From positions 30,001-62,000 of the forward strand of contig FP565575.1 of NCBI GenBank assembly GCA_000091165.1: a stretch of DNA of 32,000 nt, written 5' to 3'. Every line of letters begins with the position of its first letter. Position 1 is the stretch's first letter. Positions 18,207 through 28,028 of this stretch are shown piece after piece. The translations under genes were made by a program, and so were the position numbers. A model generated the notes under the pieces. It was not told where the DNA came from. It searched no databases and saw only the letters and a program-made list of their open reading frames with translations. The DNA is from Candidatus Methylomirabilis oxygeniifera (GTDB lineage: Bacteria > Methylomirabilota > Methylomirabilia > Methylomirabilales > Methylomirabilaceae).

Positions 18207-19346
18207 ATGACCAGTACCGACAGATGCCTTGCCGAGCAAGATGCCTGGCTGGCGCTCGCTCTGATTCCAGAGGTTGGCTCAGCGACGTTTTATCGCCTGA
18301 GGGAGGCGCTTGGTTCAGTGGAGGCCGTACTCAGAGCAAACAAAGAGGCGCTCGCGCAGGTTCCAGGTATCAGTCGACAGGTTGCGCAAGCCATTGCCTC
18401 CTTTCCGTGGCGGGATACCCTTGATCGGGAACTGCGAGTCATCGAGACGAGAGGTCTTGGTCTGAGACGGTTTGGTGAGGAGGGATATCCCGAGCTGCTG
18501 GCGGCCATCCATTCCCCCCCGCCGGTCCTCTATCTGCGAGGTACGATGAGATCGGAGGATCGGACGGCTGTGGCCATTGTCGGTTCCCGAACGGCGAGTC
18601 CGTATGGCGCCGAGATAGCTGAGCGGATCAGCGGGGAACTCGCGCAGCGCGGGGTGACAATTGTCAGCGGAATGGCCCGCGGGATTGATGCGGCAGCGCA
18701 TCGAGGGGCACTGCGAGTCGGCGGCCGGACCCTCGCCGTGCTGGGGTGCGGATTAGGGGTGACCTACCCCCCGGAGCACGCAGAGCTCGCCGACCAGATT
18801 GCGGTACAGGGCGCCGTGATCAGTGAGTTCTCAATCTTTACGCCGCCAAAGCCGAGCCACTTCCCGCGGCGTAACCGGATCATCAGCGGCCTGGCGCGCG
18901 GTGTCGTTGTGATTGAAGCCGGGCTTGACAGCGGGGCATTGATTACCGCAAATTACGCGCTTGAACAGGGACGCGACGTCTTCGCGGTTCCCGGGCAGGT
19001 AACATCGCGCCTCAGTCGCGGGTGCCACCAGCTTATCAAAGCAGGCGCGAAACTGACGGAGGGCTGGGAGGATATCTGGGAGGACGTTGAGCTACAGGTG
19101 GCTCCTAGCGCGCAGACCATGCTGGATCTGACCGCCGCGAGGAGTCCGCTTGAGCCGCAAGAGGTGCTGATTATCGATACCCTTGAGGCCGGACCGATGC
19201 AGATTGATGACCTGATCGCCCGGACTCAGCTTCCGGCAGGACAGATGGCCTCACTGCTGCTATCATTGATGCTCAAGGGCCTGATTGAGGAGCTACCCGG
19301 CAAAAGTTTTGCGAAACGAATTCGACCGACGAAAGGCAGGGTATAG
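18207..19346 (+). CDS. dprA: DNA processing protein DprA
   Basis: VAIVGSRTASPYGAEIAERISGELAQRGVTIVSGMARGIDAAAHRGAL, FPRRNRIISGLARGVVVIEAGLDSGALITANYALEQGRDVFAVPG. Confidence 0.96.
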   Translation: MTSTDRCLAEQDAWLALALIPEVGSATFYRLREALGSVEAVLRANKEALAQVPGISRQVAQAIASFPWRDTLDRELRVIETRGLGLRRFGEEGYPELLAAIHSPPPVLYLRGTMRSEDRTAVAIVGSRTASPYGAEIAERISGELAQRGVTIVSGMARGIDAAAHRGALRVGGRTLAVLGCGLGVTYPPEHAELADQIAVQGAVISEFSIFTPPKPSHFPRRNRIISGLARGVVVIEAGLDSGALITANYALEQGRDVFAVPGQVTSRLSRGCHQLIKAGAKLTEGWEDIWEDVELQVAPSAQTMLDLTAARSPLEPQEVLIIDTLEAGPMQIDDLIARTQLPAGQMASLLLSLMLKGLIEELPGKSFAKRIRPTKGRV

Positions 19347-19409
19347 GGTTGGGAGGGGCAAGGGGTTGTACTGGTAATCCTTTACCCCGAACTCTGGACC
19401 CTATACCCT
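19338..19409. repeat. Paired inverted telomere-like repeat element 4, dprA / topA junction
   Basis: AGGGTATAGGGT (19338..19349) and ACCCTATACCCT (19398..19409), a perfect 12-nt inverted repeat. dprA's last codon and stop lie inside the left arm. Confidence 0.85.
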
Positions 19410-19437
19410 AGTTCTTTAGAGGGAGGAAACAGAGGGC

Positions 19438-21915
19438 GTGCCAAAGTCATTGGTAGTTGTCGAGTCGCCTGCAAAGGCCAAAACGATCGAGAAATATCTC
19501 GGTAAGGGGTTCGTCGTCACGGCCTCGATGGGCCATGTTCGCGATCTGCCGGCTAAGTCGCTGAGTATTGACATCGCGCACGACTTCGCCCCGCAGTACG
19601 AGATTATCGCGGGGCGAGAGAAGGTGATGTCGGCGTTGAGGAAGGCGGCCAAGACCGCCGACGCCATCTATCTTGCGGCCGATCCGGATCGGGAGGGAGA
19701 GGCCATCTGCTGGCACCTTCAGCAGGAGCTCGACGCCGCCAAAAAACCGGTCCATCGCGTGACCTTCGACGAGATCACGAAGCGCGCGGTGCGAGAGGCG
19801 TTCGATCATCCGTCTACCATAGACCAGCGGCTCGTCGATGCTCAGCAGGCCAGACGAATTCTGGATCGTCTGGTCGGATACCAGATCAGTCCGCTCCTCT
19901 GGGATAAGGTCAAGCGCGGGCTGTCCGCCGGGCGGGTCCAGTCGGTCGCGCTGCGTCTCATCGCGGATCGGGAACGGGAGATCAAGGCGTTCGTCAAGAC
20001 CGAGTACTGGTCGGTCGATGTGGCCTTGGAAGGCCGAACGCCTCCGTCATTGAGGGCGGGGTTGTACAAGATCGACGGCGGGCGGGTGAGCCTGCCGGAC
20101 CAGGCGCAGACCGATCAGGTTGTTCGAGAGCTGAGGGAGCAAGAGTTCCGGATCACCGACCTGACCAGGAAGGAAAAGCGTCGCAATCCGGTCCCGCCGT
20201 TTACGACCAGTAAGCTGCAACAGGAAGCCGTTCGAAAGCTTCGCTTCACGGCCAGACGGGCGATGCAGATCGCCCAGCAACTCTACGAAGGGATCGAGGT
20301 CGGCGAGGAAGGCGCCGTAGGGCTGATCACCTATATGCGGACCGACTCGGTTCGTGTCTCTCAGGAAGCCCAGGCGGAAGCGGCCCGCTATATCGCTGAG
20401 CGATTCGGGCAGCCGTTTGTGCCGGATCGACCGCCTGCCTATCGCAGCGGCCGCGGCGCCCAGGAGGCCCACGAAGCGATCCGCCCGACCTCAGTGTACC
20501 GGGATCCGGTATCGCTTCGACAGTTTCTGACGAAGGATCAACTGGCCCTCTACACCCTGATCTGGAGCCGATTCGTGGCGTCTCAGATGCCGCCGGCCCT
20601 CTACGACGTCACCACTGTGACGATCCAGGGCGGGCGATTCACGCTGCGGGCCGGCGGTCGACACCAGCGGTTCGCCGGTTTTATGCAGGTCTATATCGAG
20701 GGGAGGGATGAGGCGCCGGAGACCAAGCCGACCGAGGCCAAGGACGAAACGGCCGAGGAGACGGCCGTTGAGGAAGAGGCCGAATTAACGCTCCCCCCTC
20801 TCGAGGTCGGGGACCCGTTGCGGCTGCTTGATGTGACCCCGGCTCAGCACTTTACGCAGCCTCCGCCACGCTTCACCGAGGCGACACTGGTGAAGGAGCT
20901 GGAGGAGCGGGGGATCGGACGCCCCAGCACCTATGCGGCCATCCTGAGCGTCATTCAGAACCGCGACTATGTGGTGAAGGCGCAGGGTAAATTCCGACCC
21001 ACGGAGCTGGGCGGGATCGTCGTGGACCTGCTGGTGGAAAGCTTCCCTCGCGTGATGGACTACGAGTTTACGGCCAGGATGGAGACGACCCTGGATGAGA
21101 TCGAAGAGGGACAGAAGAACTGGCTTGAGGAGATGCGTCGCTTCTATGAGCCGTTTTCCCAGTGGGTAAAAGAGGCCGCCGTCGGTATGCGGAATATCAA
21201 GGCGATGGAGGAAAAGACTGAGGAGATCTGCGAGCGGTGCGGCAGTGGAATGGTGATCCGCTGGGGCCGGTTCGGCCGCTTCCTGGCCTGTACCAATTAC
21301 CCGGAGTGTAAGGGCACGCGCGAGTTGACGGCCGAACTGAAAGGAGAGCATGGGACGGATGAGGACACCGACGTCTCCGCTGAGGCTGTCACGGCGCCTT
21401 GCGAGAACTGCGGACGGCCTATGGTGATGAAGCGCGGCCGGTTTGGACCCTTCCTGGGTTGTTCCGGATACCCTGAGTGCAAGACGATCCGGAAGCTCTC
21501 GCAGGCGGAGGCGGCGAGTGCGCGGCCTGCGCCGCAGCCGACCGACGAGGTCTGCGAAAAGTGTGGTAGTCCGATGGTGTTGCGGGAGGGTCGATTTGGC
21601 CGCTTCCTGTCCTGCTCCACCTATCCTACCTGCAAGCATATTAAGCCTATTGCGATCGGGGTCAAGTGCCCGCAATGCGGGAGCCCTCTGTCGGAGCGAC
21701 GCACCAAACGGGGCCGGGTCTTCTATGGGTGTACGGCGTATCCTAAATGCGCCTTTGCCATCTGGGATCGTCCGATCCAGGAACCTTGCCCGCAATGTGG
21801 GGCCGCCTTTCTGGTGGAGAAGAAACTGAAAGGCGGCGGGGTCTCGATCCGTTGTCATGCGGAAGGCTGTGCCTACGCGCGGGAGGCCGATACGACAGTA
21901 CAGGCGAACGCGTGA
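19438..21915 (+). CDS. topA: DNA topoisomerase I with C-terminal zinc-ribbon repeats (GTG start)
   Basis: [50 protein letters not shown]. Four C..C...C topoisomerase zinc fingers plus a fifth C-terminal CPQCGAAF...C motif. Confidence 0.97.
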   Translation: MPKSLVVVESPAKAKTIEKYLGKGFVVTASMGHVRDLPAKSLSIDIAHDFAPQYEIIAGREKVMSALRKAAKTADAIYLAADPDREGEAICWHLQQELDAAKKPVHRVTFDEITKRAVREAFDHPSTIDQRLVDAQQARRILDRLVGYQISPLLWDKVKRGLSAGRVQSVALRLIADREREIKAFVKTEYWSVDVALEGRTPPSLRAGLYKIDGGRVSLPDQAQTDQVVRELREQEFRITDLTRKEKRRNPVPPFTTSKLQQEAVRKLRFTARRAMQIAQQLYEGIEVGEEGAVGLITYMRTDSVRVSQEAQAEAARYIAERFGQPFVPDRPPAYRSGRGAQEAHEAIRPTSVYRDPVSLRQFLTKDQLALYTLIWSRFVASQMPPALYDVTTVTIQGGRFTLRAGGRHQRFAGFMQVYIEGRDEAPETKPTEAKDETAEETAVEEEAELTLPPLEVGDPLRLLDVTPAQHFTQPPPRFTEATLVKELEERGIGRPSTYAAILSVIQNRDYVVKAQGKFRPTELGGIVVDLLVESFPRVMDYEFTARMETTLDEIEEGQKNWLEEMRRFYEPFSQWVKEAAVGMRNIKAMEEKTEEICERCGSGMVIRWGRFGRFLACTNYPECKGTRELTAELKGEHGTDEDTDVSAEAVTAPCENCGRPMVMKRGRFGPFLGCSGYPECKTIRKLSQAEAASARPAPQPTDEVCEKCGSPMVLREGRFGRFLSCSTYPTCKHIKPIAIGVKCPQCGSPLSERRTKRGRVFYGCTAYPKCAFAIWDRPIQEPCPQCGAAFLVEKKLKGGGVSIRCHAEGCAYAREADTTVQANA

Positions 21916-23243
21916 CAGAGATTGTTGTAGTTGGCGGAGGCTTGGCCGGAAGCGAAGCGGCCTGGCAGGCGGCGGAGCGGGGCGCCCATGTTCGCCTCTA
22001 CGAGATGCGTCCGGCCTACCCCACACCCGCCCACAGGACCGACCGATTAGCCGAACTGGTCTGCAGCAACTCCCTGAAGTCGGATTCGCCGGACGATTGC
22101 CACGGCCTGTTAAAGCGGGAACTGACCGCGTATGGGTCGGTAATTATGACCGCCGCCCGGGCGCACGCCGTCCCAGCGGGATCGGCGCTGGCCGTTGATC
22201 GTGACGCCTTCGCCGCCGAGGTGACTGCCAGGCTTGCGCACCACCCGCGCATTACTATTGTTCGGGACGAGGTCAAGGCCATACCGGAAGAGAGGCCGGT
22301 GATTATTGCTACCGGTCCGTTGACCTCCGAGCGGCTGGCCGGCGCGCTGCGCGATCGATTCGTGAACTATCCGGCATCGGTAGACTCGTCCGTCGATACG
22401 CAGGATCTGCTCTATTTCTATGACGCCATCTCACCCATCATCGCTGGGGATACTATTGACCGGACCGTGACGTTTGCCGCCTCTCGCTACGACAAGGGAG
22501 GGGACGATTATCTGAATTGTCCGATGACCCGGGAGGAGTATCGCCTCTTTTGGCAGTCAATCAGGACGGCGGAGTTGGCGCCGATCCACTCGTTCGAGGA
22601 GGCGCGATATTTTGAAGGGTGTCTCCCGATCGAGGTGTTGGCGGCTCGGGGCGAGGATGCCTTGCGGTTCGGACCGATGAAACCGGTAGGCCTGATCGAT
22701 CCCAGGACCGGACGTCGGCCCTGCGCCGTCGTACAACTCCGACTGGAGAACCGGGAAGGGACGATGTACAATATAGTGGGGTTTCAGACCCGCCTGAAGT
22801 GGGGCGAGCAGCACCGGATCCTCCGAACGATTCCCGGGCTGGGCGGCGCCGAATTCCTCAGATATGGCTCGATCCACCGCAATACCTTTATCAATGCACC
22901 GACACTACTCCGGGAGACGATGCAGTTGAAAGGCGACCCAGGGATCTTGCTGGCCGGGCAGCTTACCGGCGTGGAGGGATACCTGGAATCGGCCGGGAGC
23001 GGCTTGTTGGCCGGGATCAACGCGGTCAAACTCGTACACGGCGAGACACCGGTCGTGCTGCCGCCGACGACAGCCCTCGGGTCCCTCATCCGTCACATCT
23101 GCCACGCGGACGCCCTCACCTTCCAGCCGATGAACGTCAACTTCGGCCTCCTCCCGCCGCTCGACCAGCTGATCCGCGCCAAGCGCGACCGGCGCCAGGC
23201 CCTTGCCGCCCGAGCCCTCCGTAACCTGCCTGATCTCGCATGA
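21912..23243 (+). CDS. trmFO: Methylenetetrahydrofolate-tRNA-(uracil-5-)-methyltransferase TrmFO
   Basis: [96 protein letters not shown] at 21912 overlaps the topA stop. Confidence 0.96.
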   Translation: MTEIVVVGGGLAGSEAAWQAAERGAHVRLYEMRPAYPTPAHRTDRLAELVCSNSLKSDSPDDCHGLLKRELTAYGSVIMTAARAHAVPAGSALAVDRDAFAAEVTARLAHHPRITIVRDEVKAIPEERPVIIATGPLTSERLAGALRDRFVNYPASVDSSVDTQDLLYFYDAISPIIAGDTIDRTVTFAASRYDKGGDDYLNCPMTREEYRLFWQSIRTAELAPIHSFEEARYFEGCLPIEVLAARGEDALRFGPMKPVGLIDPRTGRRPCAVVQLRLENREGTMYNIVGFQTRLKWGEQHRILRTIPGLGGAEFLRYGSIHRNTFINAPTLLRETMQLKGDPGILLAGQLTGVEGYLESAGSGLLAGINAVKLVHGETPVVLPPTTALGSLIRHICHADALTFQPMNVNFGLLPPLDQLIRAKRDRRQALAARALRNLPDLA

Positions 23244-23305
23244 CGAACTAAAACAGAATGTTCACACCATACCTTTGTCTTGATGTTGGAATCCACCTCA
23301 CCGCT

Positions 23306-23722
23306 TCAGGACATACCTTTGACGTGCTCGATCGCCTTGAGAAACCCGCCGACGCCGACAATTTGTGGTGTCGTGAAGTTGTGCGGGAAGTCTTTTCTGT
23401 TTTTTGTCACTATGTAATCAGCCCTGCCGGCAAGCGCCGCTTCAAGGAACTTTTCGTCATCCCGGTCTTTACACAGACCGCTCGTGGCCACTGGTTGCAC
23501 TTTTACCGCCCTCTCGAATATTAACTCCAGCAATTCCTCGGATTTGTGGGCCGGAATGGCATTGTCAAATACATGGATCACGTCCACATATTCACGAAAC
23601 ACCGCGCGAGATATCACCAGATCGAAGTCGCCGTCCCGAAACCGCCCGATAATCCTGGCCGATCCGCCGTTACCGTTGAGGAGACCCGCAAGCAAGACAT
23701 TGGTGTCGATGACCGCCCTCAC
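23306..23722 (-). CDS. PIN-domain toxin of a type II toxin-antitoxin pair
   Basis: MRAVIDTNVLLAGLLNGNGGSARIIG, DDEKFLEAALAGRADYIVTKNRKDF; PIN acidic residues present. Confidence 0.9.
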   Translation of the reverse strand: MRAVIDTNVLLAGLLNGNGGSARIIGRFRDGDFDLVISRAVFREYVDVIHVFDNAIPAHKSEELLELIFERAVKVQPVATSGLCKDRDDEKFLEAALAGRADYIVTKNRKDFPHNFTTPQIVGVGGFLKAIEHVKGMS

Positions 23723-23994
23723 ATGCGCGTCCCCTGCCGGACTTTCTTCACCGCCTTATCGATGTCTTTCTCTGTGATGCCGGCGTGTGCTGCCGCATTG
23801 CGAACTGCGCTCAAGGCATCGTCGAATCTCTTATCCCAATCTACCCCTCTGTCGCTCACCCGCTTGGGCACGATGACAATCACGTTGTCCTGGTAGCGAA
23901 TATCCACGTAATCCCCTTCTTCAATGTGGGCCTTGCGCCGTACGGCGGCTGGGATGGTGACCTGAGCGAATTTTTTGACCTTGACCATCGACAT
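23719..23994 (-). CDS. AbrB/MazE-type (SpoVT-AbrB) antitoxin
   Basis: MSMVKVKKFAQVTIPAAVRRKAHIEEGDYVDIRYQDNVIVIVPK swapped-hairpin fold signature; 4-nt overlap with the PIN toxin; RBS AGAAGGAGG upstream. Confidence 0.88.
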   Translation of the reverse strand: MSMVKVKKFAQVTIPAAVRRKAHIEEGDYVDIRYQDNVIVIVPKRVSDRGVDWDKRFDDALSAVRNAAAHAGITEKDIDKAVKKVRQGTRM

Positions 23995-24017
23995 GGATGT
24001 ACCTCCTTCTCTAAAAT

Positions 24018-24040
24018 TATAATAAACGAAAGTTATTATA
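24018..24040 (-). promoter_or_regulatory. Candidate TA-module operator overlapping its promoter
   Basis: Perfect 8-bp dyad TATAATAA-ACGAAAG-TTATTATA, 24 nt upstream of the antitoxin start. Confidence 0.6.
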
Positions 24041-24084
24041 TCGTGAGAACGGTGTCAAGCAATTCGGGAGAGCGCCAAAAAACA

Positions 24085-24116
24085 GTGGGCGTCAGGCCTT
24101 GGCCGCCTGCGCCCAC
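24085..24116. repeat. Imperfect hairpin with bulged stem
   Basis: GTGGGCG(T)CAGGC ... GCCTGCGCCCAC. Confidence 0.6.
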
Positions 24117-24133
24117 CGCGACTTACCTGGCCT

Positions 24134-24178
24134 GACGTGAACAGTGTGGGGATCCAAAAGCCCCACACTGTTCACGTC
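24134..24178. repeat. 18-bp perfect hairpin with 9-nt loop
   Basis: GACGTGAACAGTGTGGGG - ATCCAAAAG - CCCCACACTGTTCACGTC. Confidence 0.9.
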
Positions 24179-24363
24179 TCTGGCAATCTCACAGCGCTGG
24201 TTGGGCAGGACGAGAGTGTTTCGTTTCACTCGCAATGACGAACCGTATCGCATTTCTCAGAAAGGTGATTTTTCTTGACAGGGGATAGGGGGAATTAGTA
24301 AGAAGAGTCCTCACTTTGCGTAAACTTTGTGGTCTTACACTGAGAGGTCTTGTCGAGAGGTGT

Positions 24364-24685
24364 GCAAAAGAAGTCAGGCGGCAACCTCCCCGGCTCGCTC
24401 CATGACGCGCACTCCATTGACGAACGTAACGCCGTGAGCGACCTCCTGCAACAACTCCGCGGCGTTCAGTCGGCGAAATCGCTGTCAGGCCACCAGCAGC
24501 ATCTTCCAGAGAACCGCGGTGGCATTCTCCACCTTCTTGAAGCGTTTCGCCGCATCGGTCCTGAGCCGCAAGGCGGCAAAGGGCGACTCGATCGGATTAC
24601 TGGTCCGCAGGTGCACCCAGTGCTCCTTGGAAAGCTGGTAGAAGGTCAGCATCCGCTCCCAGTCCCGATCGAGCCGCCGGCGCAC
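24364..24685 (-). pseudogene. Truncated IS256-family (mutator-type) transposase C-terminus with an internal stop
   Basis: RRRLDRDWERMLTFYQLSKEHWVHLRTSNPIESPFAALRLRTDAAKRFKKVENATAVLWKMLLVA*QRFRRLNAAELLQEVAHGVTFVNG, in one frame with a TGA after LLVA. No N-terminal or catalytic portion nearby. Confidence 0.85.
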
Positions 24686-24746
24686 CGATAGACTGGAGCG
24701 GTCTGGACCACCTGCCTACGGACTGAAGAACGAATTGGACCGGCCC

Positions 24747-24905
24747 ATGGATGCAGGCGACGCGAGATTGATCGATCTGCGCGATCATCGTTGCCAGAAA
24801 TTGCTCGATGATTTTATCTGCCTCTACGATCGAACCTTCACGGATCCCACGGAACGGGAGGATCCTAGTCAGTGGCATGATCGGTTGTGCCCTTCACTCG
24901 CCTGA
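24747..24905 (+). pseudogene. Possible N-terminal fragment of a GNAT-like acetyltransferase
   Basis: MDAGDARLIDLRDHRCQKLLDDFICLYDRTFTDPTEREDPSQWHDRLCPSLA* (52 aa). Coding-like composition and a familiar EREDP..W pattern, but truncated; family assignment is weak. Confidence 0.35.
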
Positions 24906-24994
24906 TTGCCCGACTCTTCCATGCTCTTGTCGGCGGGTGTTGGCTTATCTGGCTTAGTCGGTTTCATCGCCACGCTTAGGGCTACTGGCGAGGC

Positions 24995-25633
24995 GTGCTC
25001 CTGCGGGCGGGGGGTGCGTTTCTCATCCTGGCCCTGCTGTGGATAGTGCTTGCGTCTCTGTATACGCAGCTCTTGGCCGCGTTCGCCCGTCCCCTGATCC
25101 CCTCGATCGAATCCTCGCCTGGTACCCGCTACCTCGTGGAGGGGACCCGGATCATCGCACAGCGTCCGCTCATGCGGCAAACGATCACGAATGTGACGAC
25201 GAGCCGTACGCCCCTGCATGAGACCTCCGCCGACTATCCCATCGCGCTGCTGGCCGCGCTCGTGCTTGCGACACCAGGCTGGTCGCTCACGCGACGGGGC
25301 CGGGTCTTGGCTGTGACTGTGGGCCTGCTCATCCTGACCCAATTCCTCTCGTTCCTCATCAATATCGAGTACACGAAGCTGTGGCCACAGAAGACCGCCG
25401 TCGGCCTCGTCGTCTCGACCGATTACTCGAAGGCGAAGATGATTCTGTTCGATTGGCTGTATGCCTTCTCAGAGTTTATGGGCCGCGGCTTCTTTGCGCT
25501 GTTGCTGTACTTCGGAGCGATTACCCTGGTCTGGGGCCGCCCGGAGGACCGGATACTCGACGCTACGGTCGGAAGGAACGCGCCCTGCCCCTGTGGGAGC
25601 GGGCTGAAGGCTAAGCGATGCTGCGGAGGGTAA
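24995..25633 (+). CDS. Multi-TM membrane protein with C-terminal SEC-C motif; possible exosortase-associated membrane protein
   Basis: At least 4 hydrophobic segments (GAFLILALLWIVLASLYTQ, IALLAALVLATP, VLAVTVGLLILTQFLSFL, FFALLLYFGAITLVW), ending GRNAPCPCGSGLKAKRCCGG (SEC-C zinc motif). Confidence 0.65.
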   Translation: MLLRAGGAFLILALLWIVLASLYTQLLAAFARPLIPSIESSPGTRYLVEGTRIIAQRPLMRQTITNVTTSRTPLHETSADYPIALLAALVLATPGWSLTRRGRVLAVTVGLLILTQFLSFLINIEYTKLWPQKTAVGLVVSTDYSKAKMILFDWLYAFSEFMGRGFFALLLYFGAITLVWGRPEDRILDATVGRNAPCPCGSGLKAKRCCGG

Positions 25634-26052
25634 GCAAGGGGGGAGGCGGGACGTTGGTGGCGGTCATTCAATCCGACCTCGGTGCCTCTGGCGCGGGCCC
25701 TCGGTCGGTTCATTCTGCGTTCGGTTGCAGAGCTGGCTCGTCGACAGAAAGGTGTGGTAGAATAGAACCATAATACAGAAGATCGTCAAGAAATTTCACT
25801 TGCAAGACCGTGCGTATTCCGATTAATCTTGCCACTGATTCCGATTTGAATATTGCCATCGATTCCGATCCAAAAATGCCACCCAACCAATACTCCACTT
25901 GATCGCAATCGTTTATGATGCGGATCTTTCCATTTTGCCTCCTGGCCGCTGATAGCTGCAAGCTTTTTCGCTTGACAGGTCCGGGAGGGACGTAGTTCAC
26001 ACCACCGCGAGTCAGGGACCGGCGCACTACGCAAGGGAAACGGTACGATGAC

Positions 26053-26430
26053 GTGCTGGGATTGCATGTTCGGTGGCGACACCACCACCTATATACCACC
26101 TCCACCTCACACCATACGACCTACAGCACCGCCGAGGGCTGCGCGCCGCAGACCGAGGAGACCGTAACAACCACCGCGGCGTTCGGACCCGCGTGGATCT
26201 GCATCGGCGATGATGGAGGGGATAAGATCTACCCGAACTGCAGCCCGGGATTCCCCTTCGAGATCATAGCGGGCTCCGTCAATTACAACACGAATACGCA
26301 CACGGAGACGTATGTGTGCAGTGCCGATCCGGCCGCCATCCCCACCCTCTCCGAATGGGCGCAGCTCGACATGGCCGCCCTGCTGGTCGGCGGCGGCCTG
26401 CTGGCGATACGAAGACAGGCTAAAGGCTGA
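26053..26430 (+). CDS. IPTL-CTERM sorting-domain protein, apparently lacking its N-terminal signal peptide
   Basis: C-terminus AAIPTLSEWAQLDMAALLVGGGLLAIRRQAKG has the IPTLSEW motif, a hydrophobic helix and a basic tail. N-terminus is not signal-peptide-like. Confidence 0.7.
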   Translation: MLGLHVRWRHHHLYTTSTSHHTTYSTAEGCAPQTEETVTTTAAFGPAWICIGDDGGDKIYPNCSPGFPFEIIAGSVNYNTNTHTETYVCSADPAAIPTLSEWAQLDMAALLVGGGLLAIRRQAKG

Positions 26431-26575
26431 AGACCGAAGTCACGTACGTCGGGTTAGCGTCGCGTAACCCGACATTCGCCTTCGAGCCACCAGGTGACGG
26501 CCTGAACGGCCTCACCCGACCTACGTTGCGACGTCCTGCTTGTCCCCTTCATCAGCCGTCGTCGCCGCTTTCAAC

Positions 26576-27751
26576 TTAAGTATACGCTCCACTCCACAGT
26601 TGCTCCAGGAACTCCCTGAACGGAAGCGCAGTCACTTGTCCGATGGTTCGTGGACGCGGCTCAAGACTCACACAGAGATAGCGCTTTAAGTTCTTTTCCT
26701 CCGCCAGTGCCAGCAGCGATTTCAGGTCCTGTGGCGACAGGTGTTCTTTTGCCTTCACCTCCACCGCCGTATGATCGCCGATGATAAAATCTACCTCAAA
26801 TCCCGACGTGGATCGCCAGTAGCTGAGCGGCTCTCCGAAGACATAGTCACGATAACTGAGCAGTTCGTGCATGACGTAGGTCTCGAACGCCTCGCCGAAC
26901 TCAGGGGTGCCGGGTCGATACTCGCGACCTTGCAGCGCTGCGACCACCCCGATGTCGAAAAAGTAATACTTCGAGGACGCCACAGGCTTTCTTTTCTTTG
27001 ACCGGCGCCACGCGGGCAGTTCGTGGAGCACCAGCGTATCCTGAAGAATCTCGAAGTATTCGTACACTGTTGTACGTGCCACTTGGGCATCATTGGCGAC
27101 ATTCGTAAAGTTTACGATCGTTCCATTACACAGGGCGGCCACTCGGAGAAAACGGCTGAAGGCTGGAACGTTACGGGTCATTCCTTCGGCGACGATCTCT
27201 TGCTGAAGATACGATCCCGCATAGGCTTGGAGATCGGCGCGCGGATCGTCCGAAAAGTAGATCGATGGGAGCAGCCCGCGTTCAACGGCGCGGATCAGAT
27301 CGAACCGTCGGCCCAGTTCCCGGTATGTGAGCGGATGAAGGTGCGTTGTGCGCGCGCGCCCTCCCAAGAGGTTGACGCCGCCGCGACGGAGCTTGCGCGC
27401 GCTGGAGCCGGTGAGCAAAAAACGTATGCCGCGCTCTTCGATGAGGCGGTGCACCTCGTTCAGCAGTTCAGGCAGGCGTTGAATCTCATCGATGACGACC
27501 ACGCGGTCGTGCGGGGTGAGTTCCTGTGCGATGCGCTCGGGTCTGCGACTGAGCGCCAGATAGATTGAGCTGTCCAGCAGATCGTAGACCCGCGTACCTT
27601 GCAAGGCGTGACGAATCAAAAATGTCTTTCCCGTCTGCCGTGGCCCTAGAAGGAAATAGGATTTGTTCTCCAGCAGAGCAGGAAGATCCAGGATGCGTGC
27701 TATTTTGGGTGGGTTGTCATGTGTCGTCGTCATAGTCATATATGATGCCAA
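26576..27751 (-). CDS. AAA ATPase with C-terminal DUF4143-type domain
   Basis: FLLGPRQTGKTFLIRHAL (Walker A), RVVVIDEIQRLPELLNEVHRLIEE (Walker B), RFLLTGSSARKLRRGGVNLLGGRA, FEVDFIIGDHTAVEVKAKE. Confidence 0.93.
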   Translation of the reverse strand: MASYMTMTTTHDNPPKIARILDLPALLENKSYFLLGPRQTGKTFLIRHALQGTRVYDLLDSSIYLALSRRPERIAQELTPHDRVVVIDEIQRLPELLNEVHRLIEERGIRFLLTGSSARKLRRGGVNLLGGRARTTHLHPLTYRELGRRFDLIRAVERGLLPSIYFSDDPRADLQAYAGSYLQQEIVAEGMTRNVPAFSRFLRVAALCNGTIVNFTNVANDAQVARTTVYEYFEILQDTLVLHELPAWRRSKKRKPVASSKYYFFDIGVVAALQGREYRPGTPEFGEAFETYVMHELLSYRDYVFGEPLSYWRSTSGFEVDFIIGDHTAVEVKAKEHLSPQDLKSLLALAEEKNLKRYLCVSLEPRPRTIGQVTALPFREFLEQLWSGAYT

Positions 27752-28028
27752 ATGACGATAGCGTCGTCAACACCTAATACGGTGGCTGGCTTCCTGCCCC
27801 TGAACATCCTGCACGAACCCGTAGTTGTCCCCTTCACCCGCGTCAGCGTCCGGCTCTTCCACGACTTCCTTCTCAGACCTTGAGCGCCTGCTCCTTGGCC
27901 ATGCGTATTGCCGTCGGCGTCTGTGGTTTTGCGGCCGGCGCTATGCCTTCTTCGAGTTCATGTTTTGCCTTGATCTTTCGACCTATTCCTCGTATCGTAC
28001 CGAACAGGCGCAGACGCGGGTTGAGCAG

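Noticed and set aside
11764-19409. Telomere-like repeats considered as evidence of a linear chromosome end or eukaryotic contamination
   Set aside because: They are short, interspersed between intact bacterial housekeeping genes, and mostly paired in inverted orientation, so not terminal telomeres.
20785-22026. 413-aa minus-strand ORF opposite the topA 3' end
   Set aside because: Shadow ORF: low-complexity Arg/Pro/Leu-rich translation antisense to the conserved zinc-ribbon repeats of topA.
24869-25342. 157-aa minus-strand ORF
   Set aside because: Gln/Arg/His-rich frame opposite the multi-TM SEC-C protein; no domain signal.
25710-26105. 131-aa and 100-aa minus-strand ORFs upstream of the IPTL-CTERM gene
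   Set aside because: No recognisable motif. The region also contains short GATTCCGAT repeats and looks like non-coding or degenerate DNA, but I cannot exclude a remnant.
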